Shown here in pieces: positions 18,403-27,649 of a stretch of DNA of 64,000 nucleotides. Both the position numbers and the translations under genes were made by a program. A model generated the notes under the pieces. It did not search any database. It was not told the DNA's origin and saw only the letters and a list, made by a program, of their open reading frames with translations. Origin of the DNA: an uncultured Azohydromonas sp. (GTDB lineage Bacteria; Pseudomonadota; Gammaproteobacteria; Burkholderiales; Burkholderiaceae_C); NCBI GenBank assembly GCA_964618555.1, contig CAZUBF010000001.1, forward strand, positions 74,687-138,686. The letters are read 5' to 3'. Each line of letters starts with the position of its first letter. Position 1 is the first letter of the stretch.

Positions 18403-21400
18403 ATGCTTGCCGCACATCGCGCGTCGCCGCCGTCCGTGACTTCGAAACCCCTTCCCGTGCCCACCGGCCGGCTCGCGCTCGTCGCGCTGGCGTACGCCGT
18501 CTTCGTCGTCTACGGCTCGCTGTTGCCGTTCGACTTGCGCCCGCTGGCATGGGCGCAGGCCTGGACGCGCTTCCAGGCGATCCCGTACCTCGAACTCGGC
18601 GTCGCCTCGCGCGCCGACTGGGTGGCGAACATCCTGCTGTACGTCCCGCTGGCGTTCGCCGCGACCGGCGCGGTGACGGGCGCCGCGAGTTCGGCGGCAG
18701 CGCGACTGCTCGGCAGTGCGCTCGTGGCCGCCGCGTGCATCGGCCTGGCAGTCGCCGTGGAGTTCGCGCAGCTCGCGTTCCCGCCGCGCACCGTGTCGCA
18801 GAACGACCTGATCGCCGAGACGATCGGCACGGGGATCGGGGTGGCGGTCTGGCTGGGCGCCGGAGAGCGTCTGCTGGCGCTGTGGCAACGCTTCCTGGCC
18901 GGTGGCGCGCACGCCTGGCGCGCCATGCTGGCGTTGTACGTGCTGGCCTACGTTGCGCTGACGTTCTTCCCGTTCGACTTCCTGGTGTCTTCGAGCGAGC
19001 TTGCAGCGAAGCTGGCGAATCCGGGGCAGGTCGCGCCCGTCGTGGCCGGCTCGTGCGGCGGCTTCGTCGGCTGCTCGGTCAAGCTGGCGGCCGAGGCGGT
19101 CGTCGCCGCCCCGCTGGGCGCTCTGCTGGGGCTGGCGTTCCCGGCCCTGCGTCTGGGGACGGCGGTGGGGTGGGGCGCGACGGCCGGCGTGGTCATCGAG
19201 CTGGTGCAGCTGGTCCTGGCCTCGGGCGTGAGCCAGGGCATCTCGGTGCTGACGCGCGCCGCAGGCGTCGCATGGGGATGGGCGCTGCAGCGCGGCTTTG
19301 CGGCCGACTGGCCGGTGCGGCACCGCCGCGTCGTGCGAATCGCCGTGTGGGCGGGCGTGCCGGTGTACCTGGCGTTGCTGGCCGTGCTCAACGGGTTCGC
19401 CGGGCACCTCGATCCGGTCCGGGTGGCCGCCGCCAAGCTGGCCGAGACCCGGTTCCTGCCCTTCTACTACCACTACTACACCTCGGAGACCGAGGCGATG
19501 TGGAGCCTGCTGGCGAATGCGGGTGCGTACGCGCTGGTGGGCGTGGCCGCCTGGGCGTGGCGGCCCGACCGCCGCGGCGGGTGGAAGGCGGGGCTCGTCG
19601 CGGCCGGGATCGCGCTGGCCGTCGAGGTGCTGAAGCTGTTCGTGCCGGGCAAGAAGCCGGACCCGACCAACGTCCTGATCGGCTGCGCCGCGGCCTGGTG
19701 GGTCAACGCGGTGCTGGTGCACCTGTTCCGGTCCGCCGGCGCGACGCCGTCGGTGCTGCGACGAACGGGGCCGCATCGACCGCTGCCCGGGCGTGCGATG
19801 GTCGTCGCCGGCGTGGCCACGCTCGGGGCGCTGGGCGCAACCGGGTGGTTCGTCTCGTCGCAGCCCACCGAGGTGGCGGTCGACGAGTCGACGATGCCGC
19901 AGCTGGCGCCCGGCGAGGCGCTGCCTGCGCTGTCGTTGCCGAACTTCCGCAGCCGGCACCCTCGGCTGCCGCATCCGTCGGCGTCGGACCTCGCGCGACT
20001 GCGCACCGACGGCAAGGGCTACGTCGACCCGATGCGCCGCGTGGCCGGGCGCGACGTGCAGGCGCGCGTCTTGCTCGAGTTGCTCGAGCCCGGCAGCCAG
20101 GACCTGGCGGCCCTGCATGCTCAGTTGCTCGACGTCGAACCCACCTGGCGCGGGCACGCCCAGGTGCGGCCGATGGCGCTGGCCTACGACTGGCTGCACG
20201 ACCGCTGGAGCGACGAGCAGCGCGCCAGCCTGCGCGCGAAGCTGGCCGACGGCTGCGAGTACCTGGTGCAGTTCATCCGCACCGAGCGCCTGTCGCCGTA
20301 CAACGTGTACCTGTACAACGCGCCTTTCCAGGCGCTGGTGGCCTGCGCGATCGCGCTGTACGGCGACGACCCGCGCGGCGAGCCGGTGATGCGCTTCACG
20401 CACGACCTGTGGAAGCACCGCGTGCTGCCGGTGTGGCGGCAGGTGATGGGGCGCCACGGCGGCTGGCACGAGGGCGGGGAGTACGTGGGCATCGGCATCG
20501 GCGCCGCCGTGTACCAGGTGCCGGCGATGTGGCGCGCGGCCACCGGCGAGGACGTCTTCGCGGCCGAGCCGGGGCTGCGCGGCTTCCTGGACTTCCTCGT
20601 CTACCGCACGCGCCCCGACGGCACGCACATGCGCCTGGGCGACGGGTCGTTCTTCGACCGGCTCGTGCCCGACCAGGCGGCGCTGGCCATCGAGTACGGG
20701 CACGCCGCGGCGTACAGCATGCGCCCGCCCAGGCGCGTCGCACCGCTGGCGTGGCCCTGGGGGCCGTTTCCCGATGCGTCGCTGGCGGACCCGGGCGCGC
20801 GGGCGCGGCTGCCTCTGTCGCGCCACTTCGACGGCATCGGGCTCGTCGTGGCGCGCTCCAGCTGGAGCGACGAGGCCACCTACGTCACCTTCAAGGCCGG
20901 CGACAACTTCTGGTCGCACTCGCACCTGGACCAGGGCAGCTTCACGATCTACCGCGGCGGCGCGCTGGCGCTGGACAGCGGCGCCAACTACGGCACCGGC
21001 TACGGCTCGGACCACCACCTGAACTACAGCTACCAGACGATCGCGCACAACGCGGTCACGGTCACCGACCCGAACGACCGGGTGCCGATGCCGGCCAAGC
21101 CGCGCGAGACCCCGCGCTTCATCGCCAACGACGGCGGCCAGCGCCGCATCGGTTCGGGCTGGGGCGTCGAGGCGGCGCCGCTGGACCTGGCCGAGTGGCA
21201 GGACAAGCGCGCGATCTACGAAACCGGCGACATCGTCGACCATCGCGACGACCAGGGCATCACGCTGACGGTCGCCGACGTCACCGCGGCGTACACCAAC
21301 GAGCTGTCGGGCAAGGGCACGTTCTCGCACCGCACGCGGCGCGTCGAGCGCGCGTGGCGCGTGTTCGCCTACGACCGCATCGACGACGTCGTCGTCGTGT

Positions 21401-21930
21401 ACGACGACGTGGTGGCGACGAATGCGGCGTTGCGCAAGCGCTGGCTGCTGCACACCGCGATGCAGCCGCGCGTCGACGGGCGGCGTTTCGTCGCCGAGGT
21501 CGCGCCCGGCAAGGGGCCGGGGCGCCAGGGCGGCCGGCTCGAGGGACACGTGCTGCTGCCGCGCGCGGCGGCGCTGCTGCCCGTCGGCGGCAGCGGGCTC
21601 GAGTTCCTCGTCGACGGCACGAACTACGACGAGGGCGGCAAGCTGCAGGACGCGGTCGAGCGATCGCCCGCGCACCGCAGCGAGGCGGGTCGCTGGCGGC
21701 TCGAACTGATGCCGCTGGCCGAGGCGGCGGCCGACCAGTTCCTGGTGGTCATGCTGCCAACCCGCCTGGGCGAGCCGGCCACGCACCAGGTGCGGCTGGT
21801 CGAGGACGGCGGCCGCGTCGGCGCCGAGGTGTCGGGGCCGCGGCGCACGGTGACGTACTGGTTCCGGCCCGGCGAACTCGCAGCCCGGGTGCAGGTGGCG
21901 GGCGCGCCCGGCGGCACGCCGGCGCGCTGA
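18403..21930 (+). CDS. Fusion of three VanZ-like membrane repeats and a heparinase II/III-like polysaccharide lyase domain
   Basis: ANILLYVPL..VEFAQLAFPPRTVSQNDLIAETIG plus two degenerate repeats; HPRL, GGWHEGGEY, HSHLDQGSFTI, TIAHNAVTV; one open frame; start uncertain. Confidence 0.82.
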   Translation: MLAAHRASPPSVTSKPLPVPTGRLALVALAYAVFVVYGSLLPFDLRPLAWAQAWTRFQAIPYLELGVASRADWVANILLYVPLAFAATGAVTGAASSAAARLLGSALVAAACIGLAVAVEFAQLAFPPRTVSQNDLIAETIGTGIGVAVWLGAGERLLALWQRFLAGGAHAWRAMLALYVLAYVALTFFPFDFLVSSSELAAKLANPGQVAPVVAGSCGGFVGCSVKLAAEAVVAAPLGALLGLAFPALRLGTAVGWGATAGVVIELVQLVLASGVSQGISVLTRAAGVAWGWALQRGFAADWPVRHRRVVRIAVWAGVPVYLALLAVLNGFAGHLDPVRVAAAKLAETRFLPFYYHYYTSETEAMWSLLANAGAYALVGVAAWAWRPDRRGGWKAGLVAAGIALAVEVLKLFVPGKKPDPTNVLIGCAAAWWVNAVLVHLFRSAGATPSVLRRTGPHRPLPGRAMVVAGVATLGALGATGWFVSSQPTEVAVDESTMPQLAPGEALPALSLPNFRSRHPRLPHPSASDLARLRTDGKGYVDPMRRVAGRDVQARVLLELLEPGSQDLAALHAQLLDVEPTWRGHAQVRPMALAYDWLHDRWSDEQRASLRAKLADGCEYLVQFIRTERLSPYNVYLYNAPFQALVACAIALYGDDPRGEPVMRFTHDLWKHRVLPVWRQVMGRHGGWHEGGEYVGIGIGAAVYQVPAMWRAATGEDVFAAEPGLRGFLDFLVYRTRPDGTHMRLGDGSFFDRLVPDQAALAIEYGHAAAYSMRPPRRVAPLAWPWGPFPDASLADPGARARLPLSRHFDGIGLVVARSSWSDEATYVTFKAGDNFWSHSHLDQGSFTIYRGGALALDSGANYGTGYGSDHHLNYSYQTIAHNAVTVTDPNDRVPMPAKPRETPRFIANDGGQRRIGSGWGVEAAPLDLAEWQDKRAIYETGDIVDHRDDQGITLTVADVTAAYTNELSGKGTFSHRTRRVERAWRVFAYDRIDDVVVVYDDVVATNAALRKRWLLHTAMQPRVDGRRFVAEVAPGKGPGRQGGRLEGHVLLPRAAALLPVGGSGLEFLVDGTNYDEGGKLQDAVERSPAHRSEAGRWRLELMPLAEAAADQFLVVMLPTRLGEPATHQVRLVEDGGRVGAEVSGPRRTVTYWFRPGELAARVQVAGAPGGTPAR

Positions 21931-21951
21931 CCTGCGCGCGTGCCGGCTGGG

Positions 21952-23259
21952 CTAGCGGCCCGACGGGTCGACCTGCAGCACCAGCGGACGCGGCCCGCCG
22001 ACGCCGGCGGCCCAGCCGCCGAGGTAGGCGCGCCCGGCGTTGTCGCGCGTGATCGAGCCGTAGAGCAGCACCTTGTCCAGCCCGCGCAGGTCGATCGGGT
22101 GCGTGCTGGCCACCTGCGTTGTCGGCTCGAACGCGACCCACTTGAAGCCGTCGCGCGCCTGCACGGCGCCGGCGATCCAGCCGCGTCCGCCGAGCGCGAA
22201 CAGCGACGGGCCGTAGGCCGGCGCGTCCGGCGGCCACGGCCCGAGTGCGGTGACCCGGGCCGGCGCGTCCTGGCGCGGCTCGATGCGGTACAGGTGGCCC
22301 GCGTGCGTCGTGAACAGCAGGTTGCCGTCGCTCAGGTAGGCCACGCCGACGATGCCGTGGTCGGCGCCGGGGGTGCCGCGGCCCAGGTAGTGCTCGAGCA
22401 CGGTCTCGCCGACCTCGCGCAGGTGCGCGTCGTACTCCACCAGCGTGACGCGGGGCGCCGCCCCGGCCTGCGCGCGCAGCCGCGGCACGTACGCGTGGCC
22501 GCGGATGTCGGCCAGGAAGTTGCGCGACACGTGGCCGTCGACCGAGCCGACGGCCACGCGTCGCGAGGCGCCGGTGGCGGTGTCGTACTGGATCAGCACG
22601 TGCCCCCAGTAGCCGAGCGCGTAGACGTGGCGCCCGACGCCGCTGACCGCGACCAGCCCCTCGGGCGTGGCCAGCAGGTGCTGCCAGACGTGGCGCTGCG
22701 GATGGATGCGCCACAGGTGGCCGCCCCAGCGAGGCAGCACGTCGCCGCGCGGCGACTCGCCTTCCTCGTCGGACGAGGCGAAGTACAGCCAGCCGTCGCC
22801 GGCCGGGACGATCTTCGAGTGGATCTTGTTCTGCCCCTGGCCGCTGCGGGCCAGCCCGGCCGCGGCGAGCCGTTCGACGACGGCGCCGCGGTCGTGCCAC
22901 GTGTCGCTCGACGGGTCGTACTGGAACAGCCGCGCGCTGCTGCCGGCCGATGCCGTCGACACGCCCACCCAGATGCCGCCGTCGAAGTCGCGGCCGGTGG
23001 CGCCCCACACGGCGGTAGCACCGGCGAACATGGGCGGCTTCAGCTCGCGCACCACTGGCGCGCGAAACGGGCCCTGCGGCGGCGATGCGAACAGGCTGCC
23101 GGTGAGCTCCTCGTAGCTGTAGGCGGTGGCGTCGTCGTCGTCGCCGCCGCTCCACCACGTTGCCCACGCGACCACGACGCCCAGCACTGCCACCAGCGAC
23201 ACGCCGGCCAGCGCCCACGGCAGTGCCCGGCGCTTCGGGCGGGGGAGCGGGCTGGGCAT
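21952..23259 (-). CDS. Membrane-anchored beta-propeller protein of unknown function
   Basis: N-terminal TM WALAGVSLVAVLGVVVAW; repeated blade-like motifs (DGGIWVG, DGWLYFAS, DGNLLFTT, GRAYLGG). Confidence 0.7.
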   Translation of the reverse strand: MPSPLPRPKRRALPWALAGVSLVAVLGVVVAWATWWSGGDDDDATAYSYEELTGSLFASPPQGPFRAPVVRELKPPMFAGATAVWGATGRDFDGGIWVGVSTASAGSSARLFQYDPSSDTWHDRGAVVERLAAAGLARSGQGQNKIHSKIVPAGDGWLYFASSDEEGESPRGDVLPRWGGHLWRIHPQRHVWQHLLATPEGLVAVSGVGRHVYALGYWGHVLIQYDTATGASRRVAVGSVDGHVSRNFLADIRGHAYVPRLRAQAGAAPRVTLVEYDAHLREVGETVLEHYLGRGTPGADHGIVGVAYLSDGNLLFTTHAGHLYRIEPRQDAPARVTALGPWPPDAPAYGPSLFALGGRGWIAGAVQARDGFKWVAFEPTTQVASTHPIDLRGLDKVLLYGSITRDNAGRAYLGGWAAGVGGPRPLVLQVDPSGR

Positions 23260-23557
23260 CGGGTGCGTGTGGCGGGCGAGGGGCAGAAGGATCGGCCGGC
23301 GCGCATCGGGGCTGTAGCGACGGCCAGGTTGGGTCGCGAAAGCCGCTGGCGCGGCTGCGCACTGTCGCATGACGACCGGCGCGTGCAAAGGCGGCTTCCC
23401 TCGATTGAGGTGGGGCGCCGGCGTGTCGGGCGTGGCACGATACACGTCGACGGTGCTCGACGTGTACCGTGGCGCCCGTTCCGATCGGGCGCGTGGCGGC
23501 GGTCCGCACGGCGCGCCCCCCGCCAAAGCCCTTCCACCCCTGCTTGCCGACCCTGCC

Positions 23558-25573
23558 ATGCGCGTGATTCCCAACGGGCTCGCCTCGCCGGAGGCCGACG
23601 ACACGTCGGGGGGTCGCGAGCAGGCGTGGCGGGGCAACCGCCGACGCCTGTGGGTGTTCCTCGCGGTGTTCCTCGTCTGCGCGATCGCCGGGATGACGTG
23701 GAACCTGCTGCGGCCGGCCGAGTACCGCGCTGTCGCGCGCATCCAGGTGACGCTGCCGTCGATCGCGGCGGCGGCGTCGGCGCCTGGCGGCGACGTGGGT
23801 GCCGACCTGGCCGCCCAGGTGCAGCGGCTGGGCAGCCGCCCTTTGATCGAGCTGGCGCACCAGCGCCTGGCCGCGCTCGGGCTGCAGTTCGACGCCGCCG
23901 ACGGGGATCCGGTTTCGCGCATCCAGCAGATGATCGGCGTGGCGCTGGTGCCCGGGTCGACGGTGATCGAGCTGGCCGCCGTCGGATCGCCGCCGGCGCT
24001 GCTGGCGGCAGCGCTCAACGAGCTGATCGGCGCGTACCGGGAGAAGCTGTTCGCCGCCTACGGCAGCGCCGGCGACGAACGCATCGACCAGCTGCGCGAC
24101 GAGCTGGCGCGGCTCGAGCAGGCGGCCGCGCAGCGGCGCGCGCGGCTCGAGCAGTTCCGCAACAACGCGAACATCGCGTCGGGCGAGCGCGAGGAGAACG
24201 AGGCGGTGGCGCGCACGCGCGGGCTGGCGACGGCGCTGAACAACGCGGTCGAGAAGCAGGCCACCGCCGAGGCGCGGCTGCGCGCGCTGCAGGAGGCGGT
24301 CGCCAAGGGCCAGGGCGTGGTCGCGGCGCGCGACGACCCGACGCTGGCCGGCCTGGAGTCCCGCGCCTCGCAGCTGCGCGAGGATCTGCGCGAGCTCGGC
24401 CGCGTGTACACCGAGGACTTCCTCGCGATGGACCAGCGCGCGCGCGCCATGCGCACCCGCCTGGGCGAGATCGAGGCGCAGATCGTGCAGCGTCGCGCCG
24501 TCAGCCAGGAGACGGCGCTGGCCAGGGCGCAGGAGGAGGTGGTGACCACCCGCGCCAACGTCGAACGGCTGCAGGCGCAGCAGGCCGCCGAGCGCCAGGG
24601 GCTGCGCAGCTTCTCGCGGCAGTTCGCGCAGTCGAAGGCGATGGAAGACGATCTGACGTCGGTCGAGCGCGCGCGCCGCGACGCGCTGGAACGGCTGGCG
24701 CGCCTCGAGGCCAACCGGAAGGCGCGCCAGCCCGCGGTCGAGGTGCTGCAGCCGGCCACGGCGCCCGATGCGCCGTGGCGGCCCGACTACCTGCGCGACG
24801 GCGCGCTGGTGCTGGCGGGGTCGTTGGTGTTCGGCCTGCTGGCGATGGGCGTCGTCGAGCTGTTCAACCGGCCGCCGCGCCCGGTCGCCGCCGCACCGAT
24901 GACCGTCGTCGTGCCGACGGCCTGGAACGCGGCGCTGCCCCACGGCACGGTGGCGGCGGCGCTGCCGCCCGCCGGTGCCGCGCCGTGGCTGGGCCACGAC
25001 GCCGGCGTGCAGCGCGCCGACGCGCTGCCGCCGCCCGCGCGCGAGCTGTCGCAGCAGGAGGCCGCCGCGCTGCTGGCCGCGGCACGCGGCGCGTCGCAGC
25101 TGGCCTGCGCCTTGTGGCTGCTCGGCCTGTCGACCGACGAGGCCACTTCGCTGCGCCGCGCCGACGTCGACGCCGAGGCGCTGCGGCTGCGCGTCGGCGG
25201 CGCCTGGGCGCGCGAACTGCCGCTGCCGCCGTGGTTCGCCGCGGCGCTGCCGGCGGTCGACGGCGACGCGCCGCTGCTGGGCGCGGCCGACGGGCGGCCG
25301 ATGAGCGCCGTCGACCTGCAGACGATGCTGACCTGCGCGGCGATCGACGCCGCACTGCCCGACGCGGCCGAGGTCACGCCCGAGCGGCTGCGGCACACGG
25401 CGATGGCGTGGTGGGTGCGCGAGGGCCTGCGCCTGGCCGACCTGCCGGCTCGCGTGGGGCGCATCGACCCGCAGGAACTCGGCGCACTGGCCGGGCTGGC
25501 GCAGGCCGCGCCGCGCCGCGGCCCCGCCGAAGTCGACCCCTTGATGCCGGCGCTGCGGCTGTCGCCGGCGTAG
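23558..25573 (+). CDS. Wzz/GumC-type polysaccharide co-polymerase fused to a degenerate tyrosine-recombinase catalytic domain
   Basis: TM1, PAEYRAVARIQV, long coiled coil, VLQPATAPDAPWRP, TM2; tail with GLSTDEATSLRRADVD and TPERLRHT. Confidence 0.8.
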   Translation: MRVIPNGLASPEADDTSGGREQAWRGNRRRLWVFLAVFLVCAIAGMTWNLLRPAEYRAVARIQVTLPSIAAAASAPGGDVGADLAAQVQRLGSRPLIELAHQRLAALGLQFDAADGDPVSRIQQMIGVALVPGSTVIELAAVGSPPALLAAALNELIGAYREKLFAAYGSAGDERIDQLRDELARLEQAAAQRRARLEQFRNNANIASGEREENEAVARTRGLATALNNAVEKQATAEARLRALQEAVAKGQGVVAARDDPTLAGLESRASQLREDLRELGRVYTEDFLAMDQRARAMRTRLGEIEAQIVQRRAVSQETALARAQEEVVTTRANVERLQAQQAAERQGLRSFSRQFAQSKAMEDDLTSVERARRDALERLARLEANRKARQPAVEVLQPATAPDAPWRPDYLRDGALVLAGSLVFGLLAMGVVELFNRPPRPVAAAPMTVVVPTAWNAALPHGTVAAALPPAGAAPWLGHDAGVQRADALPPPARELSQQEAAALLAAARGASQLACALWLLGLSTDEATSLRRADVDAEALRLRVGGAWARELPLPPWFAAALPAVDGDAPLLGAADGRPMSAVDLQTMLTCAAIDAALPDAAEVTPERLRHTAMAWWVREGLRLADLPARVGRIDPQELGALAGLAQAAPRRGPAEVDPLMPALRLSPA

Positions 25574-25620
25574 CCCTTGCGCCTGCGGCCGGGCCGCGGC
25601 GCGCGCCCGCGCGCGACGCG

Positions 25621-27624
25621 TCAGCCGGCCGCGTGCGCCGGCCGCGTGCGGTAGAAGGCCAGCGGCTGCGCCTTCAGCGCCTTCAGCACCTGCGGGCGCA
25701 TCGCGCCGACGACGTGCATCTCGCAGGGCTTGCAGTCGAAGCGCAGCGTGAAGCGCTCGTTGCCGTGCACCAGCGTCAGCGGGTCGGCGCGCACGGTGCC
25801 CTGCACCCCGGTCACGCCCTTGGCCTGCTTCGGGCACAGGCTCAGGCTGTGGCGCACGCAGTGCCTGGTGATCATCAGGCTCACGTCGCCCAGCGCCTCG
25901 TGGCTCTCGTAGGCCGCCTCGACGACCTTCACGCCGTGGCGCGCGTAGAACGCCGCGGCGCGGTGGTTGTGGACGTTGGCGAGGTAGGTCAGCGTGTCGT
26001 CGGGGTAGATCGCCGGCGGTTCGGCCGGCCGGGCGCGAGGCAGCCGCTGCCACGCGGCGGCGCGCGCCGCCTCGAGCGCGGCCACCGCGCCGCGGCGCAT
26101 CGCGTTGAGCACCGACACCGGCACGAACCACGGCTGCGCCAGCGCCAGCCGCACGCGGCGCGCCTCGAAGATCGTGTCGCCGAGGCGGGCCAGCGCGTCC
26201 TTCGCCTGCGTCTCGGCGCGCGTCGCGTCGCGCGCCGGCTCGTGCGGGTGCGCGGCGCGCGCCACGCCGCGGTGGCCGTCGGCGTCCTTGATCGACAGCT
26301 CGAAGCCGCCGGGCGTCTGCGCCAGCGTCAGGTCGGCCGCGATGCGCCGCTCGGCCGACGGTTTCGCGAGCAGCCGCTCCCACGCCATGTCGCGGTTGCG
26401 CGCGACCGCGGTGTCGCGTCGCAGGTCGGCGTCGCGCGTCAGGTCGGCCACGGTCTGCCCGCGCGGCAGGTTGGGCACGACGCGCCAGCGCGTCCCGCCG
26501 GGGCCGTCGAGGGGCGTGGCGGTGTTGACCGGCACGCCGTGCAGCCGGCCCTGGCGGTCCCACCAGGTCAGCGCGTCGCCGTTGTGCAGCGCGACGGCGG
26601 CGTCGCCGGTGTCGAGGTCGACGTGGTCGGTGCCGACCCGCACGACGTGACCCACCGGCAGCCCGGCGTGCTTGGGCGTGTCGAAGGCGCCGATGTCGCC
26701 CTCGTCGAGCGGCCGCCGGCCGTGCACGAAGTAATCGGTGGCGCCGCGGTTGAAGCCCAGTTCCGGCCGCGGCGTGAAGGTGTGGCGGCAGCGCCCGCTG
26801 CTGGCCGGGCGCAGGTCGGACCGGCGTTCGAGCAGCGCGTCGAGCAGCCGGCGGTAGTGCGCGGTGACGTTCTTCACCGTCGCCATGTCCTTGTAGCGGC
26901 CCTCGATCTTGAAGCTGCGGATGCCGGCGTCGACCAGCGCCTCGAGGTTCGCGCTCTGGTCGTTGTCCTTCAGGCTGAGCACGTGCTTGTCGTGCGCGAC
27001 GACGCGCCCCTGCGCGTCGAGCACGGTGAACGGCTGGCGGCACTCCTGGCTGCAGCTGCCGCGGTTGGCGCTGCGCCCGGTCACCGCGTGGCTGATGTAG
27101 CACTGCCCGCTGTAGGCCACGCACAGCGCGCCGTGCACGAAGAACTCGAGCACGGCGTCATGCACCTCGGCGGCGACGGCGCGGATCTGCCGGAGGTCCA
27201 GCTCGCGCGCCAGCACCATCTGCGAGAAGCCCACGTCCTGCAGGAAACGCGCCTTGGCCGGCGTGCGGATGTCGGTCTGCGTGCTGGCGTGCAGCTGGAT
27301 CGGCGGCAGGTCGAGCTCGAGCAGCCCCATGTCCTGCACGATCAGCGCGTCGGCGCCGGCGTCGTACAGCTGCCCGGCCAGCCGGCGTGCGGGTTCGAGC
27401 TCGTCGTCGCGCAGGATGGTGTTCAGCGTCACGAAGATGCGTGCGCCGAAGCGGTGTGCGTGCGCCGCCAGCCGCGCGATGTCGGCCACCGGGTTGCCCG
27501 CCTTGTCGCGCGCGCCGAACCCCGGCCCGCCGATGTAGACCGCGTCGGCGCCGTGGTTCACGGCCTCGATGCCGATCGCGGCGTCGCGCGCGGGGGCGAG
27601 CAGTTCGAGGTCCGGTCGCGGCAT
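25621..27624 (-). CDS. rlhA: U32 family protein, RlhA-like 23S rRNA hydroxylase
   Basis: [40 protein letters not shown] Cys cluster, FKIEGR; long C-terminal extension. Confidence 0.8.
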   Translation of the reverse strand: MPRPDLELLAPARDAAIGIEAVNHGADAVYIGGPGFGARDKAGNPVADIARLAAHAHRFGARIFVTLNTILRDDELEPARRLAGQLYDAGADALIVQDMGLLELDLPPIQLHASTQTDIRTPAKARFLQDVGFSQMVLARELDLRQIRAVAAEVHDAVLEFFVHGALCVAYSGQCYISHAVTGRSANRGSCSQECRQPFTVLDAQGRVVAHDKHVLSLKDNDQSANLEALVDAGIRSFKIEGRYKDMATVKNVTAHYRRLLDALLERRSDLRPASSGRCRHTFTPRPELGFNRGATDYFVHGRRPLDEGDIGAFDTPKHAGLPVGHVVRVGTDHVDLDTGDAAVALHNGDALTWWDRQGRLHGVPVNTATPLDGPGGTRWRVVPNLPRGQTVADLTRDADLRRDTAVARNRDMAWERLLAKPSAERRIAADLTLAQTPGGFELSIKDADGHRGVARAAHPHEPARDATRAETQAKDALARLGDTIFEARRVRLALAQPWFVPVSVLNAMRRGAVAALEAARAAAWQRLPRARPAEPPAIYPDDTLTYLANVHNHRAAAFYARHGVKVVEAAYESHEALGDVSLMITRHCVRHSLSLCPKQAKGVTGVQGTVRADPLTLVHGNERFTLRFDCKPCEMHVVGAMRPQVLKALKAQPLAFYRTRPAHAAG

Positions 27625-27649
27625 GGGCGCGCAGTGTAGGCCGCGCCGG

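Noticed and set aside
23433-23447. Sigma-54 promoter upstream of the Wzc-recombinase fusion (TGGCACG)
   Set aside because: The -12 position reads GT, not GC, at the required spacing
25040-25573. Active integrase marking a prophage or genomic island boundary
   Set aside because: Catalytic Arg, His and Tyr are missing, the domain is membrane-fused, and no tRNA, att repeat or phage genes are visible
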